From Solirubrobacterales bacterium (GTDB lineage: Bacteria > Actinomycetota > Thermoleophilia > Solirubrobacterales > 70-9), in assembly GCA_035637595.1 (NCBI GenBank), contig DASPWW010000028.1:19522-83521 (forward strand): 64,000 nucleotides of DNA, read 5' to 3'. The position numbers and the translations under genes are program-made. Numbering within the stretch: position 1 is the first letter of the stretch; each line of letters opens with the position of its first letter. Positions 1-9,686 of this stretch are shown here, piece after piece. The notes below the pieces were generated by a model. That model did not search any database. It saw only the letters and a program-made list of their open reading frames with translations, and was not told the origin of the DNA.

Positions 1-1
1 C

Positions 2-163
2 ACGATCGCTGCCTTTCTCGCGCTGGTCGCAGCGTTCGAGATCCAGGTGCGCCTCGTCGAGGAGCCCCACCTGCTGCACACCCACCCCGATGCCTATCGC
101 GAGTACGCGGGCCGCGTCGGGCGCTTCGTGCCCGGCGTCGGGCTCCTGCGGACGCCCCGCTAG
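2..163 (+). CDS. C-terminal fragment of an ICMT/phospholipid-methyltransferase-family membrane protein (5' end outside window)
   Basis: Frame is open from the left edge to TAG 161-163. Translation ...AFEIQVRLVEEPHLLHTHPDAYREYAGRVGRFVPGVG resembles the conserved tail of this family. Confidence 0.45.
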   Translation, partial: TIAAFLALVAAFEIQVRLVEEPHLLHTHPDAYREYAGRVGRFVPGVGLLRTPR

Positions 164-1015
164 TTACCGCCTCTTCTTCTTCTTCTTGACCTTCCACTCG
201 TCTGTCGCGGGGGTGCTCTCGACGTTGTTGCCGGCGTCCTTGGCCCGAACCGAGAACGTGTGCCTGCCCTTCTTCACCTTTACCGTGTGCGGCGAGCTGC
301 AAGCCGCGAACGTGGCGCCGTCGAGCGAGCACTCGAACGTCGAACCGGCCTCGTTCGAGCTGAACTCGAATATCGCCGTCTTCTTCTTCGTCTTGTCTTT
401 CGGGCCACTGGTGATCGTCGTCTCCGGCGCCGGCGGGCAGGAGATGGTGTCAGCGTCCTGGCTCTCGTCGCCGAACCCGTCGTCGTCGCAGTCCGGCTCG
501 AGCGTCGCGGATACGCCGAGCTGCTGGCCGACCACCGGGGAGAACGCCGCGGTGGCGCCCAATGCCACGTCCTCGCCGAACGCGCTTTGGCCAAGGGTGT
601 AGCCCGTGGCGGGTCGTGAGCAGTAGAAGACGCTCGGAGGTGCCGTGAAGACGCCGATCACGTCGCCCGCCTGGATCGGAATCCGGACCAGATAGGTGTT
701 GAGCCCCACCAAGGGGTTTTCACCTGGGCTCTCGCCCACAATCGTGAAGTTGTCGCCGCCCGCACTGCGGGCCACCTTGAGCTTCGTCGGTCCCTCGCCG
801 GCGCTGCTCGAGCGCTCGAAACTCCACGAGGTGATGACGCCCGCGAAGGGCGCGGCGTACTGATCCCCGGGGGAGCTGATTTGAAGCCGGGTCCTCGGGC
901 TGCAGTTGTCGGTCGGCGTGAACGTCTGGCCGATCTGCGTCGCTGCCCCCGCGGGGGTCACGAAGGATGCGAGAAGGGCGGACGCCGTCGCAAGGACGGC
1001 GGCAGTTGCCCTCAT
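164..1015 (-). CDS. Secreted protein, paralog 1 of a tandem trio: signal peptide, beta-rich N-domain, acidic DxDxDG linker, lysine-rich Ig-like C-terminal module
   Basis: ORF 164..1180 trimmed to ATG 1015 (MRATAAVLATASALLASFVTPAGAATQ), which overlaps the upstream stop as ATGA. The C-terminal 90 aa (PKDKTKKK..FEFSS..FECSLDG..KVKKGRH..VRAKD..WKVKKKKKRR) are shared with 5 other genes here. Confidence 0.8.
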   Translation of the reverse strand: MRATAAVLATASALLASFVTPAGAATQIGQTFTPTDNCSPRTRLQISSPGDQYAAPFAGVITSWSFERSSSAGEGPTKLKVARSAGGDNFTIVGESPGENPLVGLNTYLVRIPIQAGDVIGVFTAPPSVFYCSRPATGYTLGQSAFGEDVALGATAAFSPVVGQQLGVSATLEPDCDDDGFGDESQDADTISCPPAPETTITSGPKDKTKKKTAIFEFSSNEAGSTFECSLDGATFAACSSPHTVKVKKGRHTFSVRAKDAGNNVESTPATDEWKVKKKKKRR

Positions 1016-1866
1016 AACCGCTTCCTCTTCTTCTTGACCTTCCAGTCGTCGATCGCGGGCGAGCCGTCGACGTTGCCGGCCGCGTCTGTCGCCCGAACCT
1101 GGAAGACGTGCTTGCCCTTGCCGACCTCCTCGATCCGGGGCGAGATGCAGGGCGCAAACCCGGCGCCGTCGAGGCTGCACTCGAAGCTCGAGCCCGGCTC
1201 CGACGACGTGAATTCGAACTCAGCCTGCTTCTTCTTCGTCTTGTCCTTCGGCTGTTTGGTGATCGTCGTATCGGGCGGCGCGGTGTCGCACAACCCGAGA
1301 TCGCCGTCCTGGGTCTCGTCGCCGAGGCCATCGCCGTCGCAATCGGGCTCGAGCGTCGCGGAGATGTCGATTTGCCACTCGATCGGCCCGAGGTAGTTGT
1401 TCGTCGAGCCGATCGGGGGATCGCCGGGATACAGATAGTGATCGAGATAGCCAGTCCCGGGCGCGGACCGTCCACAAGCCGTACCGCTTGTGTAGATCCC
1501 GAGAATGTCGCCGGCCGCAACGGCTATCTGGGCCGGAAACGTGAACAGCGAGCCAGCGGTGGCGGTATTTGGGCCGCTCTCGCCGACGATCCGGAAGGCG
1601 TTGCCGCCCGCAGGGCGTGCGACCTTGAGCTTGACCTGCGTCGTCCCCGCCCCCGCCTGGTAGCTCCACGATGTGATGACGCCCGGGAACCCGATCGTGT
1701 ACCGACCTCCCGGGGAAGACGACTGCAGATTCGTGGCGCCGGGGTCGCAAGCACTCGGCGGCGGAAACGTCTCCCCGAGCTGAGTCGCGGCGCTGGCGGA
1801 CCCCGGAGCGGCGAGCGCCAGAGCTCCCAGTCCCGTCAAGAACACCCTGCACGCGCGCCCCCTCAT
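1012..1866 (-). CDS. Secreted protein, paralog 2 of the tandem trio (same architecture)
   Basis: 284-aa ORF with signal peptide MRGRACRVFLTGLGALALAAPGSASAATQ. The N-domain aligns with paralogs 1 and 3 (GVITSWS, LKVARPAGG, FxIVGES, AGDxxG). It has LEPDCDGDGLGDETQD and a tail WKVKKKRKRL. Confidence 0.85.
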   Translation of the reverse strand: MRGRACRVFLTGLGALALAAPGSASAATQLGETFPPPSACDPGATNLQSSSPGGRYTIGFPGVITSWSYQAGAGTTQVKLKVARPAGGNAFRIVGESGPNTATAGSLFTFPAQIAVAAGDILGIYTSGTACGRSAPGTGYLDHYLYPGDPPIGSTNNYLGPIEWQIDISATLEPDCDGDGLGDETQDGDLGLCDTAPPDTTITKQPKDKTKKKQAEFEFTSSEPGSSFECSLDGAGFAPCISPRIEEVGKGKHVFQVRATDAAGNVDGSPAIDDWKVKKKRKRL

Positions 1867-1876
1867 CCGCCCCAGC

Positions 1877-2758
1877 CTACTTCTTCTTCTTATTCTTCTT
1901 CTTGACCTTCCAGTCGTCCGCCGCCGGCGAGCTGTCCACGTTGCCCGCCGGATCCTTGGCGCGAACCTGGAACGTGTGCCTGCCCTTCTTCACCTTGAGC
2001 GTGTCGGGCGAGCTGCAGGCCGCGAACGGGAGGCCGTCGAGCGAGCACTCGAACGTGGAGCCAGGCTCGGTCGAGGTGAACTCGAAAGTCGCGGTCTTCT
2101 TCTTGGTCTTGTCCTTAGGATGCGTCGTGATCGCCGTCTCGGGCGGGGCGCAGTCCTCGCTTCTGGACGGGTCGGTCGGGGCGCAGTCCTGGGTCTCGTC
2201 GCCGTACCCGTCGTTGTCGATGTCGGGCTCGAGGATCGCCGACACATCGAGCCGGACGCTACCTGCGCTGGCGTAGGAGGCGGTCGTGCCTGGCGGCACG
2301 TCCCCGATCGCCTGGACCAGCACATGGCCGGCGCTTCCAACGGAGCAGTTGGTGCTGTTGGGAGTCCTCAACCCGAGCACGTCCCCGGCCTTGACAGCGA
2401 TCCGGGTGGGGAAGGAGTTCAGGGTGCTCGGCACGAGAGGCTGGACCTCGCTCTCGCCCACGATTGTGAAGTTGCTGCCTCCCGCCGGTCGCCCCAGCTT
2501 GAGCCTCAGCATCCCGGTCGCCGAGCCGGATGCCTGGTGGCTCCACGACGTGATCACGCCGTCGGAGGGGGCCGCATACGACGACCCGGGCGAGACCGAC
2601 TGGAGGTAGGTGTTCAGCGCGCACCCTCCGGGGTTGAACGTGCCCCCCAACGAAGTCGCGGCGCCGGCGGCGGGCGGCGCAGCGAGTCCAATCAGCAGAG
2701 CGAGTGCCGCTACGGCCGTAGCCCGTGATGCCCTCGGGGCCTCCCTAGAACCCTGCAC
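1877..2758 (-). CDS. Secreted protein, paralog 3 of the tandem trio (same architecture)
   Basis: 293-aa ORF with a GTG start at 2758 and an Ala-rich signal peptide. It has LEPDIDNDGYGDETQD and a tail WKVKKKNKKKK. Its stop lies 10 nt upstream of the paralog 2 start. Confidence 0.85.
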   Translation of the reverse strand: MQGSREAPRASRATAVAALALLIGLAAPPAAGAATSLGGTFNPGGCALNTYLQSVSPGSSYAAPSDGVITSWSHQASGSATGMLRLKLGRPAGGSNFTIVGESEVQPLVPSTLNSFPTRIAVKAGDVLGLRTPNSTNCSVGSAGHVLVQAIGDVPPGTTASYASAGSVRLDVSAILEPDIDNDGYGDETQDCAPTDPSRSEDCAPPETAITTHPKDKTKKKTATFEFTSTEPGSTFECSLDGLPFAACSSPDTLKVKKGRHTFQVRAKDPAGNVDSSPAADDWKVKKKNKKKK

Positions 2759-2808
2759 GTTGCGGCCAGCGTAGCGCTGACGCGGCGCAGGCGCGCCGGG
2801 AACTAGCG

Positions 2809-3276
2809 CTAGCCGACCTCGGCCGGCTCTTCCTCGCGGCCGGCGAGGCGGGAACGCCCGCGCTGCACCGCGGCGAGGAACTTCTCGAGGTTGACCTCGA
2901 GGGTGGAGAGGATCTCGTCGGCGTAGTCCTCGGCGCCGAGGCGGATCTGGCGCTCGGTCTCCCGAGCATCCTCGATGATCTCCTCCGCCCCGCGCTCGGC
3001 CTGCTTGTAGACCTCCTCGTCGGAGATCAGGCGAGCCTGCTGGTCGCGCGCCTCCTTGATGACCCGCTCGGCCTCGCGCTTGGCCTCGGCGAGCATCTCC
3101 TGGCGCTCCTTGACGATCCAGCGTGCCTGCTTGATCTCCTCGGGGATCGTGGCGCGCATCTGGTCGAGGAGGTCGTAGATCTCCTCGCGATCGACGCGAA
3201 CCTGGTCCGTGAGCGGCACGGGTCGGGCGTTGTGGACGAGATCGTCCAGCTTGTCTATGAGAACCAATACGTCCAT
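2809..3276 (-). CDS. Conserved coiled-coil protein (charged, ATP-synthase-b/DivIVA-like heptads), function unknown
   Basis: 155-aa ORF rich in E/R/K/A heptads (IPEEIKQARWIVKERQEMLAEAKREAERVIKEARDQ). It is on the same strand, downstream of coaD. Confidence 0.6.
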   Translation of the reverse strand: MDVLVLIDKLDDLVHNARPVPLTDQVRVDREEIYDLLDQMRATIPEEIKQARWIVKERQEMLAEAKREAERVIKEARDQQARLISDEEVYKQAERGAEEIIEDARETERQIRLGAEDYADEILSTLEVNLEKFLAAVQRGRSRLAGREEEPAEVG

Positions 3277-3373
3277 TAGCGGTCGCTAAAGCTTAGGGAG
3301 TGTGCCCGGGGAGGATCGTGCAAGGCTCACTTCCACGAGCGCGTGCAAGCTCCTGCCCAGCGCCTGCTGGTGG

Positions 3374-3864
<491 letters not shown>

Positions 3865-3868
<4 letters not shown>

Positions 3869-4392
3869 CTCGCAGACTCCCGGTGGACGCGGATCAGCGT
3901 GTCGCCGTAGCGGCGCTCGACGACGAGCGGGAGGCCGATCTCGAGCGGCTGACGGACGGCGCTTTCTACGATCAAGCGGCCGCCCTCCGCGAGGCGGGGC
4001 GCAATGAGTGATTCGAGCTCGGTTGCAAGGCGGTCGGCGAGTTTATACGGGGGGTCGCAGAACACGAGGTCGAATTGCGACTCGGCGTGGCGCAGATATC
4101 GCATGGCATCCGAGCGAATTACTGCGCAGCGATCCTCGAGCCCCAGCTCCCGCACGTTGCGGAGCGCCGTCGACGTCCTCGTGTCCACCAGCTCGGCGGA
4201 CGCCGCGCCGCGCGAGATCGCCTCGATCCCAAGCGCCCCGGTGCCGCAGTAGAGGTCGAGGACCCGAGCGCCCGCGACCTCGCGGAGGATCGAGAAGACC
4301 GCCTCGCGGACGCGATCGGCCGTCGGCCGCACGGTCTGACCGCGCGGGGAGTGGATCGTCCGGCCCCGCAGCTCACCTGCGATCACTCGCAT
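3865..4392 (-). CDS. rsmD: 16S rRNA (guanine966-N2)-methyltransferase
   Basis: 175 aa with MRVIAGELRGR..RPTADRVREAVFSIL, the SAM motif LDLYCGTGALGIE, and DPPY. Confidence 0.9.
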
Positions 4393-4398
4393 CGACCC

Positions 4399-4404
4399 AG
4401 GGTA
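4399..4404 (-). promoter_or_regulatory. Candidate -10 hexamer TACCCT placed to give a leaderless rsmD mRNA
   Basis: The minus strand reads CCTACCCTGGGTCGATG. A TANNNT hexamer lies 6 nt before the ATG at 4392. There is no Shine-Dalgarno sequence. Confidence 0.2.
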
Positions 4405-4524
4405 GGCTCGCAGCCCCCGTCTTTCCGGACGGTGAGATGGGACCCGCCTGTGAGACGCCCCCGTTCACAGTGGGCATGGATCGGTTGAGCTTCCGGATTC
4501 CTTAGACACATCCAGGCCGCCGCG

Positions 4525-6756
4525 CTACGCCGCGATCGGCTCGGCGCGCTCGTCGCCGAATCGGAGCCGGGCGGCGTCGAGCAGCGGTCCGACCTCGGGC
4601 GCGTCGAGCGAGCCGTGCGCGCGCAGCAGCGCCAGGACCTCGTCGCGCGCCGCGAAGAGGAGCCCCGCGTCCTCGGGCAGGGCGGCGACGCGAAAGCGCG
4701 GAAGGCCGTGCTGGCGGGTCCCCAGGACCTCGCCCTCGCCGCGCAGCGCGAGGTCGACCTCGGCGAGCTCGAAGCCGTCGCGTTTCGTCGCGATCGCCTC
4801 GAGCCGCATCCGGGCGCGCTCGGACCGCGGGTCCGCGAACAGGATGCAAGCCGACTCGTGCGACCCCCTCCCCACCCTGCCGCGGAGCTGGTGGAGCTGC
4901 GAGAGCCCGTAGCGATCGGCCTCCTCGATGACCATCACCGCGGCGTTGGCGACGTCTATCCCGACCTCGATCACGCTCGTCGCGACCAGCACCTGCACCT
5001 CCCCGGAGACGAAGCGCTGCATAACGGCCTGCTTGTCACGCGCCGGCATCTGCCCGTGGAGCACATCGAGCGTGAAGTCGCGGAACTCGCCTCTCGCCAG
5101 ACGCTCGCCCTCCTTGGTCGCCGCGCGGGCCTGGAGCTTGTCCGACTCGCTGACCAGTGGGCAGACGACGTAGGCCTGGCGGCCCTCGCGCAGCCGCTCG
5201 CGGACGAACTCGTAGGCGCCGGCCCGCTTCTCCTCCCCCACCACCCAGGTTCGCACCGGCAGGCGCCCCGCCGGCAGCTCGCGCAGGGCGGTGGTGTCGA
5301 GGTCGCCATAGGCCGTCATCGAGAGCGTCCGCGGGATCGGCGTCGCCGTCAGGTGCAGGGTGTGCGGCGCGGCCTCGCCCGGGCCCTTGGCGTCGAGCGC
5401 GGCGCGCTGGCGAACTCCGAAACGGTGCTGCTCGTCGACTACGGCGACGGCGAGCCGCGCGAACTCGACCTGCTCCTCGATCAGCGCATGGGTGCCGACG
5501 ACGAGCTGGAGCTGGCCTGTCGCGAGGTGGCCGAGCAGCTCCCGCCGCCGCGTAGCCGCAGTCGAGCCGGTCAGCAATGAGGCGCTGATTCCCGACCCCG
5601 CGAGCAGCGCCTCAAGGGTGAGGAAGTGCTGCTCCGCAAGCGTTTCGGTCGGCGCCATCAGCGCCGCCTGATGGCCGCCCTCGACCGCCCGGAGCATCGC
5701 GTAGACGGCGACGACGGTCTTTCCGCTCCCTACTTCTCCCATCAGCAGCCGTTGCATCGGCAGATGAGACTCGAGGTCCGCGTCGAGCTCGGCGATCGCG
5801 CGCCGCTGATCCTCGGTGAGCTCGAAGGGGAGCGTGGCAAGCCAGGCGGCCACCGTCTCGCCCGCGGGATCGAGCGCCACCCCCGGACGGTGCGAACGGC
5901 GCTCGCCGCGACGCTGGGCGAGCGCTGTCTGATGGAGCAGAAGCTCTTCGAATGCGAGTCGCTCACGCGCCGCCTCGGCGTCGTGCAGCGAGTCGGGAAA
6001 GTGGGCGGCACGCAGGGCATCGGCGACCCCCGCGAGGCGGCGGCGCGCGCGAAGCCGCGCGGGGAGCGGCTCGATCGCATCGGTCGCCAGGCCCTGGACC
6101 TGCCAGGCCCACTCGCGGACGCGCTGCGGGCGCAGGCCCTCGGTCGCCGGGTGCACGGGGACGATGCCGGTGGTGTGAAGGCCGGTCGGGGCCGTGCTCG
6201 TCGCGGCGTCGGCATTGACGATCTCGTGGGCGCTGACGCGCAGCCCCTTGCCGTCCAGCTTTCCGCGGACCAGCAGGCGGGTCCCGGGAAGCAGCTTGTC
6301 GGCGAGCCAGGCCTGGTTGAACCACGTCGCCGTCACCGGCCCGCTGGCGTCCGCCACGGTCGCCTCCAGGATCGTCAGGTTGCGCTTGCGCGTCGGGCGC
6401 AGACGGGAGCTCTTTACCTCGACGAGGACCGTCGCCTCCTCGCCGATCTTCAGCTCGGCGACCTCGCTGATCTCGGTGCGATCCCGGTAGCTGTGCGGTA
6501 GATGCAGGAGCACGTCGCCCAGCGTCTCGAGGTCCGCCGCCGCCGCGGCCTGGGCGAGCCGCGGGCCTACGCCCCGCAACGAGCGAATCGGCGTCGCCAG
6601 CCGGCTGGGGCGCGCAAGCGTGCGCAGCGGCACGGCGCGCAGCCGTTCGCGGGTCTGCTGCTCGCCATCGGCGAACGCGCGCGGGGGGTCGGGCTCGCCG
6701 GCTCCTGCGACCCGGTCGGCGGGCTCGTCGGCGAGGGCAGCTCTCGACTTGCTCAT
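4525..6756 (-). CDS. recG: ATP-dependent DNA helicase RecG
   Basis: 743 aa with an OB/wedge N-terminus, helicase motifs GSGKT and DEQHRFGV, and a C-terminal RecG-type domain. Conserved position next to yloV and rpmB. Confidence 0.93.
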   Translation of the reverse strand: MSKSRAALADEPADRVAGAGEPDPPRAFADGEQQTRERLRAVPLRTLARPSRLATPIRSLRGVGPRLAQAAAAADLETLGDVLLHLPHSYRDRTEISEVAELKIGEEATVLVEVKSSRLRPTRKRNLTILEATVADASGPVTATWFNQAWLADKLLPGTRLLVRGKLDGKGLRVSAHEIVNADAATSTAPTGLHTTGIVPVHPATEGLRPQRVREWAWQVQGLATDAIEPLPARLRARRRLAGVADALRAAHFPDSLHDAEAARERLAFEELLLHQTALAQRRGERRSHRPGVALDPAGETVAAWLATLPFELTEDQRRAIAELDADLESHLPMQRLLMGEVGSGKTVVAVYAMLRAVEGGHQAALMAPTETLAEQHFLTLEALLAGSGISASLLTGSTAATRRRELLGHLATGQLQLVVGTHALIEEQVEFARLAVAVVDEQHRFGVRQRAALDAKGPGEAAPHTLHLTATPIPRTLSMTAYGDLDTTALRELPAGRLPVRTWVVGEEKRAGAYEFVRERLREGRQAYVVCPLVSESDKLQARAATKEGERLARGEFRDFTLDVLHGQMPARDKQAVMQRFVSGEVQVLVATSVIEVGIDVANAAVMVIEEADRYGLSQLHQLRGRVGRGSHESACILFADPRSERARMRLEAIATKRDGFELAEVDLALRGEGEVLGTRQHGLPRFRVAALPEDAGLLFAARDEVLALLRAHGSLDAPEVGPLLDAARLRFGDERAEPIAA

Positions 6757-6810
6757 CGCTCAAGGCTACGCGGGGGCGGCGGCGGAACCGCGCGACTATC
6801 GTGCGGCGCG

Positions 6811-7293
6811 ATGGGCCGGATCGAGGACAGGCTCGCGGAGCTCGGGCTCGAGCTGCCGCGCCCGTTCGCGGCGCCGCCGGGGGTCGAGTTCAAGTTCGAC
6901 CTCGTCCGCGTCAGCGGAGGGGTCGGCTACGTGTCGGGGCACGGACCGCTCGACGGCTCCGATGTGCTGGTGGAGGGGAAGGTCGGCGACGCCCTGACCG
7001 TCGAGCAGGGCTACGAGGCGGCGCGGCTCACGGGCCTGTCGATCCTCGCCTCGCTCAAGGCCGAGCTGGGAGAGCTCGACCGGGTGAGCGGTTGGCTCAA
7101 GGTGCTCGGGCTCGTCAACTGCGCCTCGGGATTCAACGCGATGCCGATGGTGATCAACGGGTTCAGCGACCTGATCCGCGAGCTCTGGGGCGAAGCAGGC
7201 GACCACGCGCGCTCGGCGATCGGAGCGGCCGAGCTTCCGTTCGACATCCCGGTCGAGGTCGAGGCCGTCGTCGCCGTCGACCCGTCTAGCTGA
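6811..7293 (+). CDS. RidA/YjgF-like (endoribonuclease L-PSP superfamily) protein
   Basis: ORF 6502..7293 trimmed to ATG 6811 (MGRIEDRLAELGLELP...). The body GHGPLDG..EGKVG..GYEAARL and tail IPVEVEAVVAV are typical of YjgF-fold proteins. Confidence 0.7.
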   Translation: MGRIEDRLAELGLELPRPFAAPPGVEFKFDLVRVSGGVGYVSGHGPLDGSDVLVEGKVGDALTVEQGYEAARLTGLSILASLKAELGELDRVSGWLKVLGLVNCASGFNAMPMVINGFSDLIRELWGEAGDHARSAIGAAELPFDIPVEVEAVVAVDPSS

Positions 7294-8035
7294 CCGAGAT
7301 CCGATCGATTTCAATTCCCACGAGCGTCGGCCCGCGGAGCGCCCGGTTTCGCGGCCCGCGCGGAACCACCCGCCGGCGGGTCGGGAACGTCAGCCCGTCG
7401 TACTCTCGGTGTCCGGCGCACAGCAGCGCCGCGTTCGCCCAGCCGCCGACCGGCTCCGCCGTGTAGTCGTGGCGGCGGATCAGCCCGCGATCGTCGACGT
7501 AGAAGGTCTGGCGCCGCGAGTGGGTGTCGAGGCCGTCGGGAAACGTGACCTCGAGGCGGCGCCACACCTCGCCGTCCGCCGCCCACGGCTCGCCCTCGCT
7601 GACCTCGACGCCCTCACGGGTCAGCAGGTACGGCGTCGTGACGTAGTTCCACATCGCGTAACCGGCGAAGTAGGTCGAGTCGAGCGCGTCCCAGCGCAGG
7701 TTGCGGCGCAGGCCCGAGAGCCCGAAGAAGGCGGGCCGCGGATCGGAGCGCGACGCGATCACCTCGCCGTCGCTTTCGATACGCACCGCGCCGCGATCGA
7801 AGACGCCGCGCCGGCCGTCCCCCGGGAAGGGATCGATGACCGTGTGGGGCTCTGCGACCTCGACGGTCAGCCTGTAATCGGCGAAGCGATTGCCTGGCAC
7901 GCGGGTGCGTGGCAGCAACCCGCCGGAGCGGACGTGCGCTTCGATCGTGGTTGCGGCGCGCCAGCGCTCGAGCCCTCCGTGGGCCTCGAGCACGCCGGCG
8001 AGAAGACCGTCTCCTATTGCGCCGCCAGCAGCCAC
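7286..8035 (-). CDS. Hypothetical conserved protein
   Basis: 249-aa ORF with balanced, non-Arg/Pro-biased composition (W/Y/F present). I do not recognise a family. Confidence 0.5.
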   Translation of the reverse strand: MAAGGAIGDGLLAGVLEAHGGLERWRAATTIEAHVRSGGLLPRTRVPGNRFADYRLTVEVAEPHTVIDPFPGDGRRGVFDRGAVRIESDGEVIASRSDPRPAFFGLSGLRRNLRWDALDSTYFAGYAMWNYVTTPYLLTREGVEVSEGEPWAADGEVWRRLEVTFPDGLDTHSRRQTFYVDDRGLIRRHDYTAEPVGGWANAALLCAGHREYDGLTFPTRRRVVPRGPRNRALRGPTLVGIEIDRISVS

Positions 8036-9645
8036 CAGTAATGGGGCTGGCCCCCATGCCGGAGCTCGAGCTCGGCACCCTCCGGGAGGCTGACCGGGAG
8101 CGCCTCGAGCGGGATCGGAGCGCTGTCGCCCTCGATCACCGTGACGATCTCGGCGCGCTCGGAAATCCGATCGACGGTTGTTGCCAGCGTCGAACCCGCC
8201 CCGCCCCAGGCCACGATCTCGTCATCGATGAACCCCAGCGCGTCGCCGCGCCTGAACCGACCCTGCGGATCGTCGCGTCCGGCGGGCGCCACGGCGCCGG
8301 TGCGAATCGCGGCCAAGGCCTCGCCGAGCCGCTCGGCGTTCCCGGCAGCGTCGAGCTCGGCGTCAAGCTCGACCAGTGCCATGAGGCCGGCCTGTTGGGA
8401 GGTCGACGGCACGACGTGCGCCACGTGGTCGCTCAGCTCCGCGGCCTGCTGAGCGGCCAGTACCACATTGGCGGAGTTCGGTAGCAGCAGCGTCTCGTCC
8501 GCCCCGAGATCGTCGATCCCGCGAAGCAGCTCGTGGGGCGATGGGTTGAGCGTCGGGCCGCCGTCGACCACATACGCGCCCAGTGCCTCGAACAGGCCCC
8601 GCATCCCCTCGCCTGCCGCCACAGCGACTACGCCGGTCCGTCCAGGCGCGGGGCGAAGCCGGCGATCACGAGCCTCGATCTGACGCCACATATCGGCGTC
8701 GTCGATCTGGGTGATCTCGCCGATTCCGTCGAACAACGCCTGCGCCGCCGAGCGATCGTTGGTGTGGACGTGTACGCGGAGGGTGTTTTCGTCACCCACC
8801 ACAAGGACCGAGTCGCCCAGCGCCTCGAGGCGAGGCCTGAACTCGGTCGCGTTGAGGCCCTGTCCCGAGACGACGAAGTTGCTGCACCACCGGAAGCGGC
8901 TGTCCTCGTGGTGGGAGGCCGCGACGCGCGCCGGTTGCCAGTGAGGGACCTGCTCGACCACCGCCTCATCGTCTCGCAGGCCCGCGACCACCCCGGCAAG
9001 GATCAGGAGGAGCCCGTACGCGCCCGCGTCGACGACGCCGTTCTCGGCCAGGACCCGCAGCTGCTCGGGGGTCCGCTCGACCGCGGTGATCCCCTCGTCG
9101 ATCGCGGTCTCGAGAATCGCGGCGAGCATCAGATCCTGCTGCTCGGGTGGGACGTCCACATCGAGTCGAGCCGCCGACGTGTGGGCGAGACGGTGTGAGA
9201 TCGCCGTCGCCATCTCCCTCAACACCGTGAGCATCGTCCCCTCGGTGGGGGTCTGAATCGACTCGTAGGCGGCGGCCACCGCTCTCGAGAGTGACGCGTT
9301 GATGAGCTGCGGATCGACCAGCTGACCCGGGCGGCTCGCAAGCTCCTCGGCGGCACCGCGGATTATCTGGCTGAGGATGACGCCGGAGTTGCCGCGCGCG
9401 CCAAGCAGCGCCGCATCGGCCACGGTACGGACGATGTCATCGCGCCCGACGGAGTCGATGGGTTGACCGTCGAGCGACTCGAGCGAGTCCATCACGGCCC
9501 GTATCGTGAGCGCCATGTTGTCTCCGGTATCGCCGTCGGCGACCGGGAACACGTTGTGGTCGTTGATGTCCTGGCGGCGGTCCTCGAGGGCCGCAGACGC
9601 CGAGGCGAGCACGCGATGGAATCGCTCGATCGTCGGATCGGCCAT
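8014..9645 (-). CDS. yloV: DAK2/DhaL-domain fusion protein (YloV family)
   Basis: ORF 8014..9732 trimmed to ATG 9645 (MADPTIERF). It has the DhaL signature FPVADGDTGDNM and a C-terminal DegV-like half. Conserved neighbour of rpmB and recG. Confidence 0.85.
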   Translation of the reverse strand: MADPTIERFHRVLASASAALEDRRQDINDHNVFPVADGDTGDNMALTIRAVMDSLESLDGQPIDSVGRDDIVRTVADAALLGARGNSGVILSQIIRGAAEELASRPGQLVDPQLINASLSRAVAAAYESIQTPTEGTMLTVLREMATAISHRLAHTSAARLDVDVPPEQQDLMLAAILETAIDEGITAVERTPEQLRVLAENGVVDAGAYGLLLILAGVVAGLRDDEAVVEQVPHWQPARVAASHHEDSRFRWCSNFVVSGQGLNATEFRPRLEALGDSVLVVGDENTLRVHVHTNDRSAAQALFDGIGEITQIDDADMWRQIEARDRRLRPAPGRTGVVAVAAGEGMRGLFEALGAYVVDGGPTLNPSPHELLRGIDDLGADETLLLPNSANVVLAAQQAAELSDHVAHVVPSTSQQAGLMALVELDAELDAAGNAERLGEALAAIRTGAVAPAGRDDPQGRFRRGDALGFIDDEIVAWGGAGSTLATTVDRISERAEIVTVIEGDSAPIPLEALPVSLPEGAELELRHGGQPHYWWLLAAQ

Positions 9646-9686
9646 GCGAGCGAGGATTATCGCGGCCTTGGCCGCCTTTGGCCTGC

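Noticed and set aside
170-200. (CTT)n/(AAG)n tracts at 170-200, 1018-1040, 1880-1905, 25505-25527 and 28262-28283, considered as microsatellites or phase-variation sites.
   Set aside because: They are in-frame Lys codons of the conserved poly-Lys tails. Slippage by whole triplets would only change tail length, and I have no population data showing variation.
90-602. Recurrent plus-strand ORFs (90..602, 881..1396, 1902..2276) and the minus-strand ORFs 25389..25625 and 27699..28058, sharing FFFLTF.SS.AG..STLPA.S.ARTxxxCLPFFT-like peptides, which look like a repeated gene family.
   Set aside because: They are the antisense translation of the Lys-rich C-terminal module (AAG/CTT tracts read backwards). 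The sense frames have signal peptides and coherent domains.
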